Origin: a virus
Lineage: Duplodnaviria > Heunggongvirae > Uroviricota > Caudoviricetes
Virus record (IMG/VR): IMGVR_UViG_3300031647_000750
Span: 128,025-192,024 of that record
DNA length: 64,000 nt
Direction: 5' to 3' (one strand)
Shown here: in pieces, positions 35,509 to 45,307 of the stretch
How positions within the stretch are numbered: the stretch's first letter is position 1
Layout: each line of letters begins with the position of its first letter
Translations under genes and position numbers: made by a program
The notes under the pieces: model-generated
Told to the model about the DNA's origin: nothing
Databases searched by the model: none
The model's input: only the letters and a program-made list of their open reading frames with translations

Positions 35509-36345
35509 ATGACAAGACTAGCAAAAGATAGTGTCGCACAAGATGACATTAAAGTAACCATTTTCAATCCAACCGATATTACTGAAATAGCAGATACAGA
35601 CGAATTATATAATGCGTTTGAATCTGGTTGGCCCGTGGTCATATCTGGATTAAAGATCCCTGGCATTGATTACGATTATTATAACGATTTGCCAGATTGG
35701 GTAATCGAAGATAATAAATGGATTGCACCTTGGTATCCAAGTGATATTCGTAAACGAGATAGGTTACGCAACGAGCGAGATTGGTCAGAAGAACAGATTG
35801 ATGAATTCGCACAGCAACACAAAGAATCAAATAAAGCATGGAATAATTTCTTTGCTGAGTTGATGCCTCGTTATGCAAATGCAACGGGTAAAAGTGTTAG
35901 TCACCGATACAATATGTTAGTTGAAAACAATTTACACTTCGACGAACTAGACCAAGAGCATACTGGACAAGAACAACAGATTCGTGTATTGACTAACATG
36001 GATAAACAACGCTGTCGTATTACTGCGGTAGGTCCTAACATAGAACAATTGTATAATAAATACTATGATGAATTTAAGTTATGGGAATTAGATAAAGAAG
36101 ACCCGCACGCATTCATTACAGAAATGCGCAATCGTTGTATTTGGAACGATAAAAATTGGTCACATTTCCACCACCCATTGCATTATATAACATGTGATCC
36201 AGGTGATATTTGGTTACTCAATGCACAGTGGGTATCACATCAAATTGTATTCGGAGCAAAGTTACAAGTATTCGAAGCAGATATTCAGAAAGAACACATG
36301 CTAAACCCAGAGTTGGTTATGGCAGAACGTATTAAAAATTTATAA
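35509..36345 (+). CDS. Hypothetical protein
   Basis: ATG at 35509 after the upstream stop; the track ORF from 35467 overlaps the previous gene. Confidence 0.4.
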   Translation: MTRLAKDSVAQDDIKVTIFNPTDITEIADTDELYNAFESGWPVVISGLKIPGIDYDYYNDLPDWVIEDNKWIAPWYPSDIRKRDRLRNERDWSEEQIDEFAQQHKESNKAWNNFFAELMPRYANATGKSVSHRYNMLVENNLHFDELDQEHTGQEQQIRVLTNMDKQRCRITAVGPNIEQLYNKYYDEFKLWELDKEDPHAFITEMRNRCIWNDKNWSHFHHPLHYITCDPGDIWLLNAQWVSHQIVFGAKLQVFEADIQKEHMLNPELVMAERIKNL

Positions 36346-36355
36346 GGAATAACAT

Positions 36356-37420
36356 ATGAACGCAGTTAACGCTTGGACAGAGTTTCAACCATTGAAGAAA
36401 GTAGTATTGGGTGCACCATTCCCAGAAACTGCATTTGATTGGCACGAAGATGAAGAGACACGAGACACTATGCGACAAATCTTCCGTGAAACAGCCGAAG
36501 ATATTGAAGTATTAGCACAACTATTAGAAGCACGTGGAATTGAAGTGGTACGTCCCAAGAACATCTTTACAATCACTGGTGAAGAACAGATTCAATTACC
36601 GTGGGCTCATTGTGCGTTTCCGAACCATCCATTAATGCCGCGCGATACGTTGATGCCATATGGTCATTCAATTTTTGAATGCTTTACAGGCGGTGACAAT
36701 CGTTACTTTGAAAACCTAGCATACTATGATCACGTAGTAGAATGGTTTAAACAAGGTGCTGATTGGATTTCAATGCCTGGCTGCATGGTAGAAACTGGTA
36801 AAGGATATGATGAATACGTAGCAGAGCAGCGTGTACTGTATCATGCTGCAAATATGATCAAGTGTGGTGATACTATCTTATTCAGTCAACCATACGAAGG
36901 TGACAACAAGCGTGGACGTGGTACGAATTTGGGCAAGGAATGGATGCAAAGAGAAATCAAACAGCGTTATCCTGATACTAAATTTATTGATATTCCAATT
37001 GGTGGTCACATAGATGGTAAGATTGCATTATTGAAGCCGGGTGTTCTTATGACGTGGAACAAAGCATGGGTCCCAGAAGAATTCAAGAATTGGACAATCA
37101 TTGAAGTAGAAGATGATTTTGACATGCCAGCAGATTTTCAAAATACACGTAAGCGTAGATACTATAAAGAGTATGTACAGAAGTGGTTAAGTCATTGGGT
37201 AGGTTATGCAGACGAGTCTGTATTTGATGTTAATGTATTATCATTGGATGAAAAGACGGTAATCTGTACAGGTAAAAACGATGCAGCATTTGCTGAAATG
37301 GAAGCAAACGGAATTGAACCAATTGTTTGGCGATTCCGTCATCAGTATTTTTGGGATGGTGGTATCCATTGCTTGACTAGTGATATCGTACGTGAAGGTA
37401 ATTGTGAGAATTATTTATGA
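36356..37420 (+). CDS. Amidinotransferase-fold (pentein superfamily) enzyme, agmatine/arginine deiminase-like
   Basis: C-terminal WDGGIHCLTSD matches the catalytic-Cys signature GG(N/G)IHC(I/M)T of agmatine and peptidylarginine deiminases; upstream Asp/His-rich segments. Confidence 0.45.
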   Translation: MNAVNAWTEFQPLKKVVLGAPFPETAFDWHEDEETRDTMRQIFRETAEDIEVLAQLLEARGIEVVRPKNIFTITGEEQIQLPWAHCAFPNHPLMPRDTLMPYGHSIFECFTGGDNRYFENLAYYDHVVEWFKQGADWISMPGCMVETGKGYDEYVAEQRVLYHAANMIKCGDTILFSQPYEGDNKRGRGTNLGKEWMQREIKQRYPDTKFIDIPIGGHIDGKIALLKPGVLMTWNKAWVPEEFKNWTIIEVEDDFDMPADFQNTRKRRYYKEYVQKWLSHWVGYADESVFDVNVLSLDEKTVICTGKNDAAFAEMEANGIEPIVWRFRHQYFWDGGIHCLTSDIVREGNCENYL

Positions 37421-38475
37421 GTATGCTATGGCGTGATAATATACAAAGCCTACAAGTAGATGTTACTAGTTATTGTAATGCTAAGTGTGGTGGATGCGCT
37501 AGAAATGACGACGGTCATGAAACAAGACCGGGTCTTATTCTTGAAAACTTTGATGTTGATGTATGGAATCGTATGGCAGAGCATGATACCAAAGATATTT
37601 TTATTAATGAACTGGTATTAAACGGGAATTGGGGTGACTCTATGATGCATCCTAAAATTAAAGATATGGTTACAACATTTGCAAAATTTCATCCAGAAGC
37701 GAGTTTATATATTCATACCAATGGCAGTATGCGCACGACCAAATTCTGGGCTTCTTTTGCCAAAGTTTGTCGTCAATTCTCAAATCATCGTGTAGTTTTT
37801 GCAGTAGACGGTCTAGAAGATACACATGCGATATATCGTCGTAATACCGACTTTCTTAAAATTATGGAGAATATTAAAGCATTCACCGATGCGAATGGAC
37901 GAGCGAGTGTAACCATGACCCTATTTGAACACAATAAACATCAAGTAGAAGAAGTTAAAAAATTAGCACAATCGCTTAATGCAGATTTTGCCTTACGTTA
38001 CAGTCATGGAGATGAACTAGAAGTAATTGCGCCTGGCGAAAATTATATGATATATGCATGTGATGAATTGCCCGAAGAGGAGGTAGAAGTAGAAGTAGAG
38101 CATGATAATGAAGTAGAGCATGATAATTATAGATTAAGTGATTTACCAAATTATATGGATAATCTAATTATATCAGATGCAATAGAACCTGTCGCATCAA
38201 CATGTCCGTGGTTAGCAGATCGTCAAGTGCAAATTGATCCATGGGGTACGGTGTGGCCATGTTGTCATATTAGTAATCATGCAAATTCCTTTTCATCAGA
38301 GTATACTGGGATCGCCGCAACTGATGATAATTTCGATGAAGGTAAACTAGCAAATAACCTGAAGCATACGCCGTTATATGATATCCTTAGTAATCGGTGG
38401 TATGCGGATGTGTTACCTGATGCGGTAAAACATGAAAAATGGCTAGTTTGTCGTGATTCATGCTTTAGTGATTAA
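37417..38475 (+). CDS. Radical SAM enzyme, short form (paralog E), with a C-terminal WPCC domain and an acidic (EVEVEHDN)2 insert
   Basis: VTSYCNAKCGGC is a C-x3-C-x2-C motif; LNGNWGDSMMHP is present; C-terminal WGTVWPCCHISNHA...CRDSC. Confidence 0.7.
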   Translation: MSMLWRDNIQSLQVDVTSYCNAKCGGCARNDDGHETRPGLILENFDVDVWNRMAEHDTKDIFINELVLNGNWGDSMMHPKIKDMVTTFAKFHPEASLYIHTNGSMRTTKFWASFAKVCRQFSNHRVVFAVDGLEDTHAIYRRNTDFLKIMENIKAFTDANGRASVTMTLFEHNKHQVEEVKKLAQSLNADFALRYSHGDELEVIAPGENYMIYACDELPEEEVEVEVEHDNEVEHDNYRLSDLPNYMDNLIISDAIEPVASTCPWLADRQVQIDPWGTVWPCCHISNHANSFSSEYTGIAATDDNFDEGKLANNLKHTPLYDILSNRWYADVLPDAVKHEKWLVCRDSCFSD

Positions 38476-38479
38476 AGTG

Positions 38480-38508
38480 TTGACATACACCACCAATTGC
38501 TGTATAAT
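38480..38508 (+). promoter_or_regulatory. Promoter AAGTGTTGACATAC-17-TATAAT
   Basis: Consensus hexamers. Confidence 0.5.
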
Positions 38509-38538
38509 ATGTATATACATTAATAACTTGAGAGAAAT

Positions 38539-38892
38539 ATGAAGAATTATATAATAATTAACACTGTATTTGCACTCGCAATCTACTTAGGATTATACAG
38601 TGGACTTGACAATGTGTTATCAAGTCTTGCGATTGGATACGCATATGCAACCGCATGGATCGCCATTGTGCTTGGTTTGCTTGTTGGTTGGTTTTTGTAT
38701 GATGAAATGGTTGAACAAATACAAAATTCCGATGGTTGGAAACCACCTCTTTATTTTGATACATTATTCGACATAGCAGTTATCATAGCCTTTGCATATG
38801 TGGAATCTTATGTTACTGCGGTATTATATACGGCGCATTTACTTATGTGGAACGATATGCACAATACTGCAAGAAAATTAAATCTTAAATAG
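38539..38892 (+). CDS. Small polytopic membrane protein
   Basis: 3-4 hydrophobic segments. Confidence 0.4.
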   Translation: MKNYIIINTVFALAIYLGLYSGLDNVLSSLAIGYAYATAWIAIVLGLLVGWFLYDEMVEQIQNSDGWKPPLYFDTLFDIAVIIAFAYVESYVTAVLYTAHLLMWNDMHNTARKLNLK

Positions 38893-38956
38893 TATGTTAT
38901 TAACTTGACATAATATATAAATAATAGTATAATAACTTCTACGATAGGAATTACGA

Positions 38957-39403
38957 ATGGCATATTTTTCAAAAAAACACTATGGTCATAGCATTGGGTT
39001 ATCCTCAGTATTCAGGCAGCCGAATGCAGATCATTCACATTGTCACCTACTACATGGGTATAGTTTAGCATTTACATTTACATTCGGTTGTACCGAACTA
39101 GATGATAAGAACTGGGCTGTTGACTTCGGTGGATTAAAACCATTGAAGAAATGGCTTGAAGACAACTTTGATCATAAGACTGCAATTGACAAAGATGATC
39201 CGTTCTTAGCAAAGTTTATGGAACTTGAAGAATTAGGATTAGCAGAGATTGTAGTAATGAATGGTGTTGGTACAGAGAAGTTTGCTGAACATGCATTTAA
39301 CTTTGCAGATGATCTTGTTCGCAAGATGACTAGTGATCGTTGTTATTGTGTACGGGTAGAATGTGCAGAACATGACTCAAATTCAGCAGTATACGAACGA
39401 TAG
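38957..39403 (+). CDS. 6-pyruvoyl-tetrahydropterin synthase / QueD-like (6-carboxytetrahydropterin synthase family)
   Basis: HCHLLHGY aligns with QueD C-x3-H-G-H, and AVDFGGLK with IDFAELK. The third His is replaced by Tyr. Confidence 0.55.
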   Translation: MAYFSKKHYGHSIGLSSVFRQPNADHSHCHLLHGYSLAFTFTFGCTELDDKNWAVDFGGLKPLKKWLEDNFDHKTAIDKDDPFLAKFMELEELGLAEIVVMNGVGTEKFAEHAFNFADDLVRKMTSDRCYCVRVECAEHDSNSAVYER

Positions 39404-39437
39404 AAGTATTAATTAATAATATATTAGGAGAAGTAAA

Positions 39438-39659
39438 ATGTTACAAGCAATTTTAAAATGGTTAGGATTCCCATCAGCAAATACAATGAATAAGGTTGAA
39501 CCTACATTCACATCATTACACACAGAAGATAGTTTATCTGGACTAACAAAGTCAAAATTAAAGACACTGGGTGAGACTAAATTTGATGTTGAATTCAAAT
39601 CAAGTGATCGTAAAGTTGAAATGATTATGCGTATCTTAGCAGCACAATCGGAAAAATAA
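39438..39659 (+). CDS. Hypothetical protein
   Basis: ORF with RBS aggagaag. Confidence 0.4.
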   Translation: MLQAILKWLGFPSANTMNKVEPTFTSLHTEDSLSGLTKSKLKTLGETKFDVEFKSSDRKVEMIMRILAAQSEK

Positions 39660-40025
39660 ATGACATATATCGTAGATGATTCTTGCATTAAATGTAAGTA
39701 CACGGACTGCGTAAGTGTGTGTCCCGTTGATTGCTTTTATGAAGGTGAAAACACTCTTGTAATTAATCCAGACGAATGTATCGACTGTGGTGTATGTGAA
39801 CCCGAATGTCCAGCAGGTGCAATTCATCCTGATACTAACTTAGATCCCACGGGACCTGATTGGGTGGAGATTAATCGTAAGTATAGCGAAGATCATAACT
39901 GGCCTGTTCTAACCGTACAGAAAGATGCATTACCAGATGCTGATTTGTTTAATCCAAAGAAAGGATACACGGGTCCAAGTAAGTTGATTGATTTAATTGA
40001 AATGGCTGGTCCTGGAGATCAGTAA
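39660..40025 (+). CDS. fdxA: 7Fe ferredoxin (FdxA, Azotobacter-type [3Fe-4S][4Fe-4S])
   Basis: [28 protein letters not shown]...[14 protein letters not shown] is nearly collinear with the FdxA consensus. Confidence 0.8.
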   Translation: MTYIVDDSCIKCKYTDCVSVCPVDCFYEGENTLVINPDECIDCGVCEPECPAGAIHPDTNLDPTGPDWVEINRKYSEDHNWPVLTVQKDALPDADLFNPKKGYTGPSKLIDLIEMAGPGDQ

Positions 40026-40546
40026 TGAAATATAGTAACTTTATTAGAACAGTACCAAATTATCCAATTGATGGTGTTAATTTCTATGATGTGAATAGTC
40101 TATTCGCTGATAACAAACTGTTCAGTGTGATGATAGATGATATGGCAGATAAGTTATCACTTGTTGATGATAAGTACCCAACGCATATCGCAGGATTAGA
40201 AAGTCGTGGTTTTGTAATAGGTGCTGCATTGGCATACAAAATGGGATTACCATTCGTAATGATTCGAAAGAAAGGTGCGAAATATCCTGGCGATCTATTA
40301 GAACAAAGTTATGGTACAGAATATTCAACAGATACCATTGTATTACAAGAAGGGTTGCTAAGTCACACTGATCGTGTTATACTAGCAGATGATCTAATCG
40401 CAACAGGCGGTAGTATGATGGCAGCACGCTCACTGGTTGAATCAACTGGCGCTAAAGTAGTAGGCATTGGTGTAATCATTGATCTATTTTATGTGCATTG
40501 CAAAGAATATGACTTATTAAATGTCATAGCATTAGACACTGTATAA
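40025..40546 (+). CDS. apt: Adenine phosphoribosyltransferase
   Basis: IAGLESRGFVIGAALA and VILADDLIATGGS (PRPP-binding motif) match Apt. Confidence 0.75.
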   Translation: MKYSNFIRTVPNYPIDGVNFYDVNSLFADNKLFSVMIDDMADKLSLVDDKYPTHIAGLESRGFVIGAALAYKMGLPFVMIRKKGAKYPGDLLEQSYGTEYSTDTIVLQEGLLSHTDRVILADDLIATGGSMMAARSLVESTGAKVVGIGVIIDLFYVHCKEYDLLNVIALDTV

Positions 40547-40581
40547 GGAAGACAGTGAGTAGTATATAAGGGAGAACGATC

Positions 40582-40983
40582 ATGATTGAAATAACAAAAA
40601 AAGCACAAGAGTATATGACCACTATCGCGACAGGTGACAATGAAATAGTTAAACTTGCGCTTGAAGGTGGTGGTTGTTCTGGATTCCAATATTCGTGGAA
40701 CATCATCGATAAAGATGGTATCGATGAAATGAGCGATGAGGTTATGACGTTTGAAGATGGTGGTGGACTAATCATAGACGGTATGAGTCTGATGTATTTG
40801 TTCGGTAGTGAAATTTCATTAGAATCAAATCTAATGGGTACAAAACTAATCATAAGCAATCCACAAGTAACCAGTTCATGTGGTTGTGGCGATAGCGTCA
40901 ACATAGATACTGGAGCAGCATCTTGTCCCAAAGAAGAACCAGCAGCATATAATGCGGATATGTTTTACGATCCCTCAGAGTAG
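40582..40983 (+). CDS. A-type Fe-S cluster carrier (IscA/HesB family), second copy with a C-terminal extension
   Basis: C-S-G...S-S-C-G-C-G cysteine triad. Confidence 0.65.
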   Translation: MIEITKKAQEYMTTIATGDNEIVKLALEGGGCSGFQYSWNIIDKDGIDEMSDEVMTFEDGGGLIIDGMSLMYLFGSEISLESNLMGTKLIISNPQVTSSCGCGDSVNIDTGAASCPKEEPAAYNADMFYDPSE

Positions 40984-40989
40984 TAAAAA

Positions 40990-41751
40990 ATGAAGAAAAT
41001 AGCAATTATCGGTTGCTCACATAGTTATTATCTCGAATGTGATAAGAACTGGACAACTATGTTTCCAGAAGATTACATTATTCACAACTATTCAGCGGCT
41101 GGTCATGGCGTTCAATATTTTGATTTTGTACTAAAGTATATTGTTGCAAATAAACTAGATTACGATTGCGTAATCATTCAACTGACAAGTAGTACACGTT
41201 GGCAATTTCCTATTACAGGACATACCTCAGATAAGTTACGAACAGATGAGATATCTGATAGATATATAAATTATTCATTTAACTATGCACATGTACTCGC
41301 ACATGAATCAATGGATTTTGAAGATTTATACGAAAATCATGAACTATCATTTCTCGATGACATTTCAATAATTAATGACAGCATGATACAACCATGTGAT
41401 AATATAGAAGATACCAATTTTAAAGAGTTCCCGATTAATAGGTCTACTAGCGACACATGGACCTCTGAATATTATAATTTATTCACACAAACATTGCATA
41501 TGTATGAACATCATTTTCCTAATGTATTTTGGTGGAGATTTGCAAATGAATCTATTAATAATATTGGTCATGATACCACCGCATTAGAAACAGTAATAAA
41601 ACATGAAGAATTATATGGTGATTTGAATGATATCATTGATGATACATTACATTTAACACCACTAGGATATCGTATTCTATTTGATGAATACATAATGAAG
41701 AGTAAAATTGGCGATTACGTAAGGAGTAATACAAATGACAAATCCATTTAA
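40990..41751 (+). CDS. Hypothetical protein, paralog of ORF 43515 (shared N-terminal IAIIGCSHS/ILIVGTSHS and C-terminal L(T/N)P(L/E)G(Y/H) motifs)
   Basis: Pairwise similarity visible by eye at both termini. Confidence 0.4.
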   Translation: MKKIAIIGCSHSYYLECDKNWTTMFPEDYIIHNYSAAGHGVQYFDFVLKYIVANKLDYDCVIIQLTSSTRWQFPITGHTSDKLRTDEISDRYINYSFNYAHVLAHESMDFEDLYENHELSFLDDISIINDSMIQPCDNIEDTNFKEFPINRSTSDTWTSEYYNLFTQTLHMYEHHFPNVFWWRFANESINNIGHDTTALETVIKHEELYGDLNDIIDDTLHLTPLGYRILFDEYIMKSKIGDYVRSNTNDKSI

Positions 41752-42091
41752 CGATGTAGACATGTTCCAAGAAGCATGTGATCAAGCACCAAGTGAAGCA
41801 AACTATAAAATGTATCTTGGTTTGATTGAAGAAGAAGTTGGTGAACTAAATGATGCGGTAGCAGATGATGATACTGTAGAACAATTAGATGCATTAGTAG
41901 ACATTTTGGTCGTTACCATGGGCGCTATACGTGCCGCAGGGTGGGATGGCGAAGGTGCGTGGAAAGAAGTAATGAACACTAACTTTGCGAAGGTAGATCC
42001 TACAACTGGTAAAGTTATTAAACGTGAAGACGGTAAAGTACTAAAACCAGAAGGCTGGTTAGCACCTCAACTTGCAAAATTTGTATACTAA
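41735..42091 (+). CDS. mazG: MazG-like nucleoside triphosphate pyrophosphohydrolase
   Basis: EEEVGELNDA ... LDALVDILVV pattern (EExxE/D...D) typical of the all-alpha NTP-PPase family. Confidence 0.55.
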   Translation: MTNPFNDVDMFQEACDQAPSEANYKMYLGLIEEEVGELNDAVADDDTVEQLDALVDILVVTMGAIRAAGWDGEGAWKEVMNTNFAKVDPTTGKVIKREDGKVLKPEGWLAPQLAKFVY

Positions 42092-42100
42092 TACTAGATT

Positions 42101-42307
42101 ATGAAATTACTATCAGAGTATTATAGAGAAGATGGTGCAAGTGCAGAAGTACTTGCAATTGATGGTTTTTATGCTATAATGTACTATAACGATGAAAACA
42201 TGTTATGTGAACTATTAGAATTTAAAAACAGTTCATTGGTGCAAGTTGAAGAAGTCGCAGAAGATTGGGCTTTGGGAATTAATAAGGAACCTATAGTACT
42301 ATGTTAG
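42101..42307 (+). CDS. Hypothetical protein
   Basis: ORF. Confidence 0.35.
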   Translation: MKLLSEYYREDGASAEVLAIDGFYAIMYYNDENMLCELLEFKNSSLVQVEEVAEDWALGINKEPIVLC

Positions 42308-42570
42308 AATATGAAGGTAAGTCACTTGATACATTATCATTAGAAGACACAATCGAGTTTGAGAAAGTTTTATTGAAACGATTGCGTAGTGCTGGTATGA
42401 TGAGTGAGCAAGTTCAAGATCAACTACAAATGTATGTTGAAGAAATTAGAATTCATAAGTCAGAGATGATTGCTCATTTACAATTTGATAATGCTACTAC
42501 TAAAGATAAAGTAGAGACTACACTGAACATTGGCGATATCGATGGTGAATTCGATGATGATGAACAGTAA
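42301..42570 (+). CDS. Hypothetical protein
   Basis: ORF. Confidence 0.35.
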   Translation: MLEYEGKSLDTLSLEDTIEFEKVLLKRLRSAGMMSEQVQDQLQMYVEEIRIHKSEMIAHLQFDNATTKDKVETTLNIGDIDGEFDDDEQ

Positions 42571-43060
42571 TCAACAAATGGTATTGACAGAGCGCGATGT
42601 AATTAGATCTTGGCTCTCAGATATACGCATCAACAAGGCACAGTTTGAAGATATTGAACCAATTAATATCTATAATGAATGGTGTGTCGAGTATGAAATA
42701 GGAAATCCTATTGATGCTACCATAGCAGATGATTCAGATGGTTACGTTGAGAAATGCATTAACAATTGGCATATGCCCGATGAGTATCATCAATATAACA
42801 TTCGCAATCATTTAGAGAATCTATGTAAAACAAAAGAAGAATTAACACGTGTTCGATATGAATTAGAATTGTATGAAGATCGTGGATTGATAATTGCTCT
42901 TAATTTTCTAAGATATCTTGAACGAGTATGTGATGATAATGATATTGTATTGGGCGTAGGTCGTGGTAGTAGTGTATCTAGTTATTGTCTATATCTTCTA
43001 GGAATTCATAGAGTAAATAGTATTAAGTACGAACTAGACATAAAGGAGTTTTTAAAATGA
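42530..43060 (+). CDS. Hypothetical protein
   Basis: ORF. Confidence 0.4.
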   Translation: MAISMVNSMMMNSNQQMVLTERDVIRSWLSDIRINKAQFEDIEPINIYNEWCVEYEIGNPIDATIADDSDGYVEKCINNWHMPDEYHQYNIRNHLENLCKTKEELTRVRYELELYEDRGLIIALNFLRYLERVCDDNDIVLGVGRGSSVSSYCLYLLGIHRVNSIKYELDIKEFLK

Positions 43061-43515
43061 AAAGTGCAAAAACAGCGTTAGGTAGAACGATCAACATGGC
43101 AGCGTTAGCCTCTAAAAATGAAACAACTCGTGCAGTGAGTAATATCCCTGTAAATGCGAGGGGTGATATTATTGATAATCGTGGTAATGTTAAAATATCA
43201 AAAGAAACAATTGCTAAAGAATTCAATAAAGATGTTCTTACTGGTGTAGAAGAGAACATTAGCATCAAAGATGAAAATTCAACTACCACACCTAAACAGA
43301 AAAAAACAGAATCCGCTATTGACACGGATGTGCTTGACGTGTATAATGATGATAGACTAAGTACACCAACTGATATAAGTAATTTATCACTTGATGAAAC
43401 AGTTATCGAAGTGAATCGTACGCTACGTACACGTGAAGATGGTGCATCATATCATGAAATCGAATACTCAGATGGTAGCATGACAGAAGAGTTCTACACA
43501 GACGGTCCCATTTAA
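43057..43515 (+). CDS. Hypothetical protein
   Basis: ORF. Confidence 0.4.
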   Translation: MKSAKTALGRTINMAALASKNETTRAVSNIPVNARGDIIDNRGNVKISKETIAKEFNKDVLTGVEENISIKDENSTTTPKQKKTESAIDTDVLDVYNDDRLSTPTDISNLSLDETVIEVNRTLRTREDGASYHEIEYSDGSMTEEFYTDGPI

Positions 43516-44285
43516 TGACAAAGCGAATACTAATCGTTGGCACAAGTCATAGCATGGGTTGTTGTGAGGGGTATCGGTCTGACACTGAATACCTTAAACA
43601 TGATGAGAGATGGCATGATTACTTTAAATCAGAGTTCGGATATGAAGTAGTAAATATTAGTATGAGTGGCTGTACTGTTCAACAACAAGTACTAGCAGTA
43701 TACGCATATTTTCAAGATAATCCAACTGCTCATTTTGACTTAGCAATAGTTGAAGGTCGTGGAATTGAAGGAACTGTATCAGACCCTATGCATTTTTTGG
43801 GCGGACCCCCATATGATATATTAAATCATCCGTCTGACGATGTATATGAGTTTGAAACGTATTATGCAAAGTGGTTAGATTCATCAGTAGAAAACTTCTA
43901 CTCTCCAACCACTGCATTGCCACCAGATCATGCTTATGATTATCAAAAGCGATACATGGCTTGGTATATTGAATATGTTTATAGCATGAATCATGCAGTT
44001 GATACATGGAGTGCAAATGTAACATTATGTAACTATATATCAAAATATAGCGATATAGTTAAATGGTTTACTTGGTCATACTCAATAGATGAAGTGAGTG
44101 ATCTAAAATTATCATTAGGTAAAGATTTATTATCCGAATATGCCATTGACTGGCCCATATTAGATAAAATGGAAGATATTGGAACATATGATGTATCATG
44201 TGACTGTGGTCATTTCAATCCCGAAGGACATAAGATGGTTTGGGAACAAATTAAAGATAAACTAGAGAGAAGTAATATATTATGA
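43515..44285 (+). CDS. Hypothetical protein, paralog of ORF 40990
   Basis: Shared terminal motifs. Confidence 0.4.
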   Translation: MTKRILIVGTSHSMGCCEGYRSDTEYLKHDERWHDYFKSEFGYEVVNISMSGCTVQQQVLAVYAYFQDNPTAHFDLAIVEGRGIEGTVSDPMHFLGGPPYDILNHPSDDVYEFETYYAKWLDSSVENFYSPTTALPPDHAYDYQKRYMAWYIEYVYSMNHAVDTWSANVTLCNYISKYSDIVKWFTWSYSIDEVSDLKLSLGKDLLSEYAIDWPILDKMEDIGTYDVSCDCGHFNPEGHKMVWEQIKDKLERSNIL

Positions 44286-44614
44286 AAGCAAAAGCAGTAG
44301 GTAATTGTGTGTTAGCGTCAATGGTTAAGGTAACTGGCGGACATAGAGTATTAGCAAGCGGTATTTTATTAGCAGATAAAGACATGACAGAATCGGGTAT
44401 TCGTCCACGATGGTTTAAAGTAGAATCAGTTGGACCCAATGTGACATTCGTTGAGGAAGGACAGTTTGTATATGTTGAACACGGTCGTTGGAGTAACGAG
44501 ATCAAGATTCAACAGGGCAACGGTAACGAATCTACTAGCGTATGGTTATTAGATAATGAGAAGTGTCTGTTAGTATCAGATGATGACCCAGTAAACAGCG
44601 GATATGAGATGTAA
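44282..44614 (+). CDS. GroES-like co-chaperonin (T4 gp31-like)
   Basis: Length ~110 aa. GIRPRWFKVESVGP and VEEGQFVYVE segments parallel the GroES mobile-loop/roof pattern; sits beside the clamp-loader region as in T4-like phages. Confidence 0.45.
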   Translation: MKAKAVGNCVLASMVKVTGGHRVLASGILLADKDMTESGIRPRWFKVESVGPNVTFVEEGQFVYVEHGRWSNEIKIQQGNGNESTSVWLLDNEKCLLVSDDDPVNSGYEM

Positions 44615-44616
44615 AT

Positions 44617-45297
44617 ATGCTATTTAATAAAGATGAAAAGAAGAAAAAGAAGTCACCAAAAAAAGAGATTCCTTCAGTAATTCCAGTACCCAAACAAGAA
44701 CCAATGATGCCACCGCAGCCTGCTATGCCGATGCCTCCTGGACCTCCAAAGCAGCCGGGTGAACATTTACGCGATAATGGTGTATTGTTCATGGATAAAG
44801 AATTCAATCAAGATAACTGTATGCCATTGGTAAAGATGATCATGGAATACAATCTCATGCCAGCAGATAAAGCACCACAAGTTATTCACTTATATATCAA
44901 TTCGCCTGGCGGGTATGTAGATTCGTGTATGCATCTGATTGATGTTGTAAAGCAATCCCGCATCCCTGTATATACATACGGCATGGGTTCTATCGCTAGT
45001 TGTGGTGTAATGCTGATGATGTCTGGCGTTAAAGGACATCGTTATCTAACCCATAATACAGCAGTCATGTCACATGAATTTAGTGGTGGCACTCGTGGTC
45101 AATATCACGATATGGTTGACAGTCAAAAACATATGGATTGGACAAATAAAAAATTGCTAGAACATTACAAGAAATGCACTGGTAAGAATGAAAAATATAT
45201 CCGTGAGTTTACACTAGCACCTAAGACAGATCATTGGTTAACACCAGAGCAAGCAGTAAAGCATGGTATCGCAGATCATGTGATCGCAACATACTAA
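44617..45297 (+). CDS. ClpP-family serine peptidase, second paralog, with a Pro-rich N-terminal extension
   Basis: IHLYINSPGGYV, GMGSIASCG (Ser) and MSHEFSGG (His) align with ClpP catalytic regions. Confidence 0.6.
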   Translation: MLFNKDEKKKKKSPKKEIPSVIPVPKQEPMMPPQPAMPMPPGPPKQPGEHLRDNGVLFMDKEFNQDNCMPLVKMIMEYNLMPADKAPQVIHLYINSPGGYVDSCMHLIDVVKQSRIPVYTYGMGSIASCGVMLMMSGVKGHRYLTHNTAVMSHEFSGGTRGQYHDMVDSQKHMDWTNKKLLEHYKKCTGKNEKYIREFTLAPKTDHWLTPEQAVKHGIADHVIATY

Positions 45298-45307
45298 AGG
45301 TAGAATA

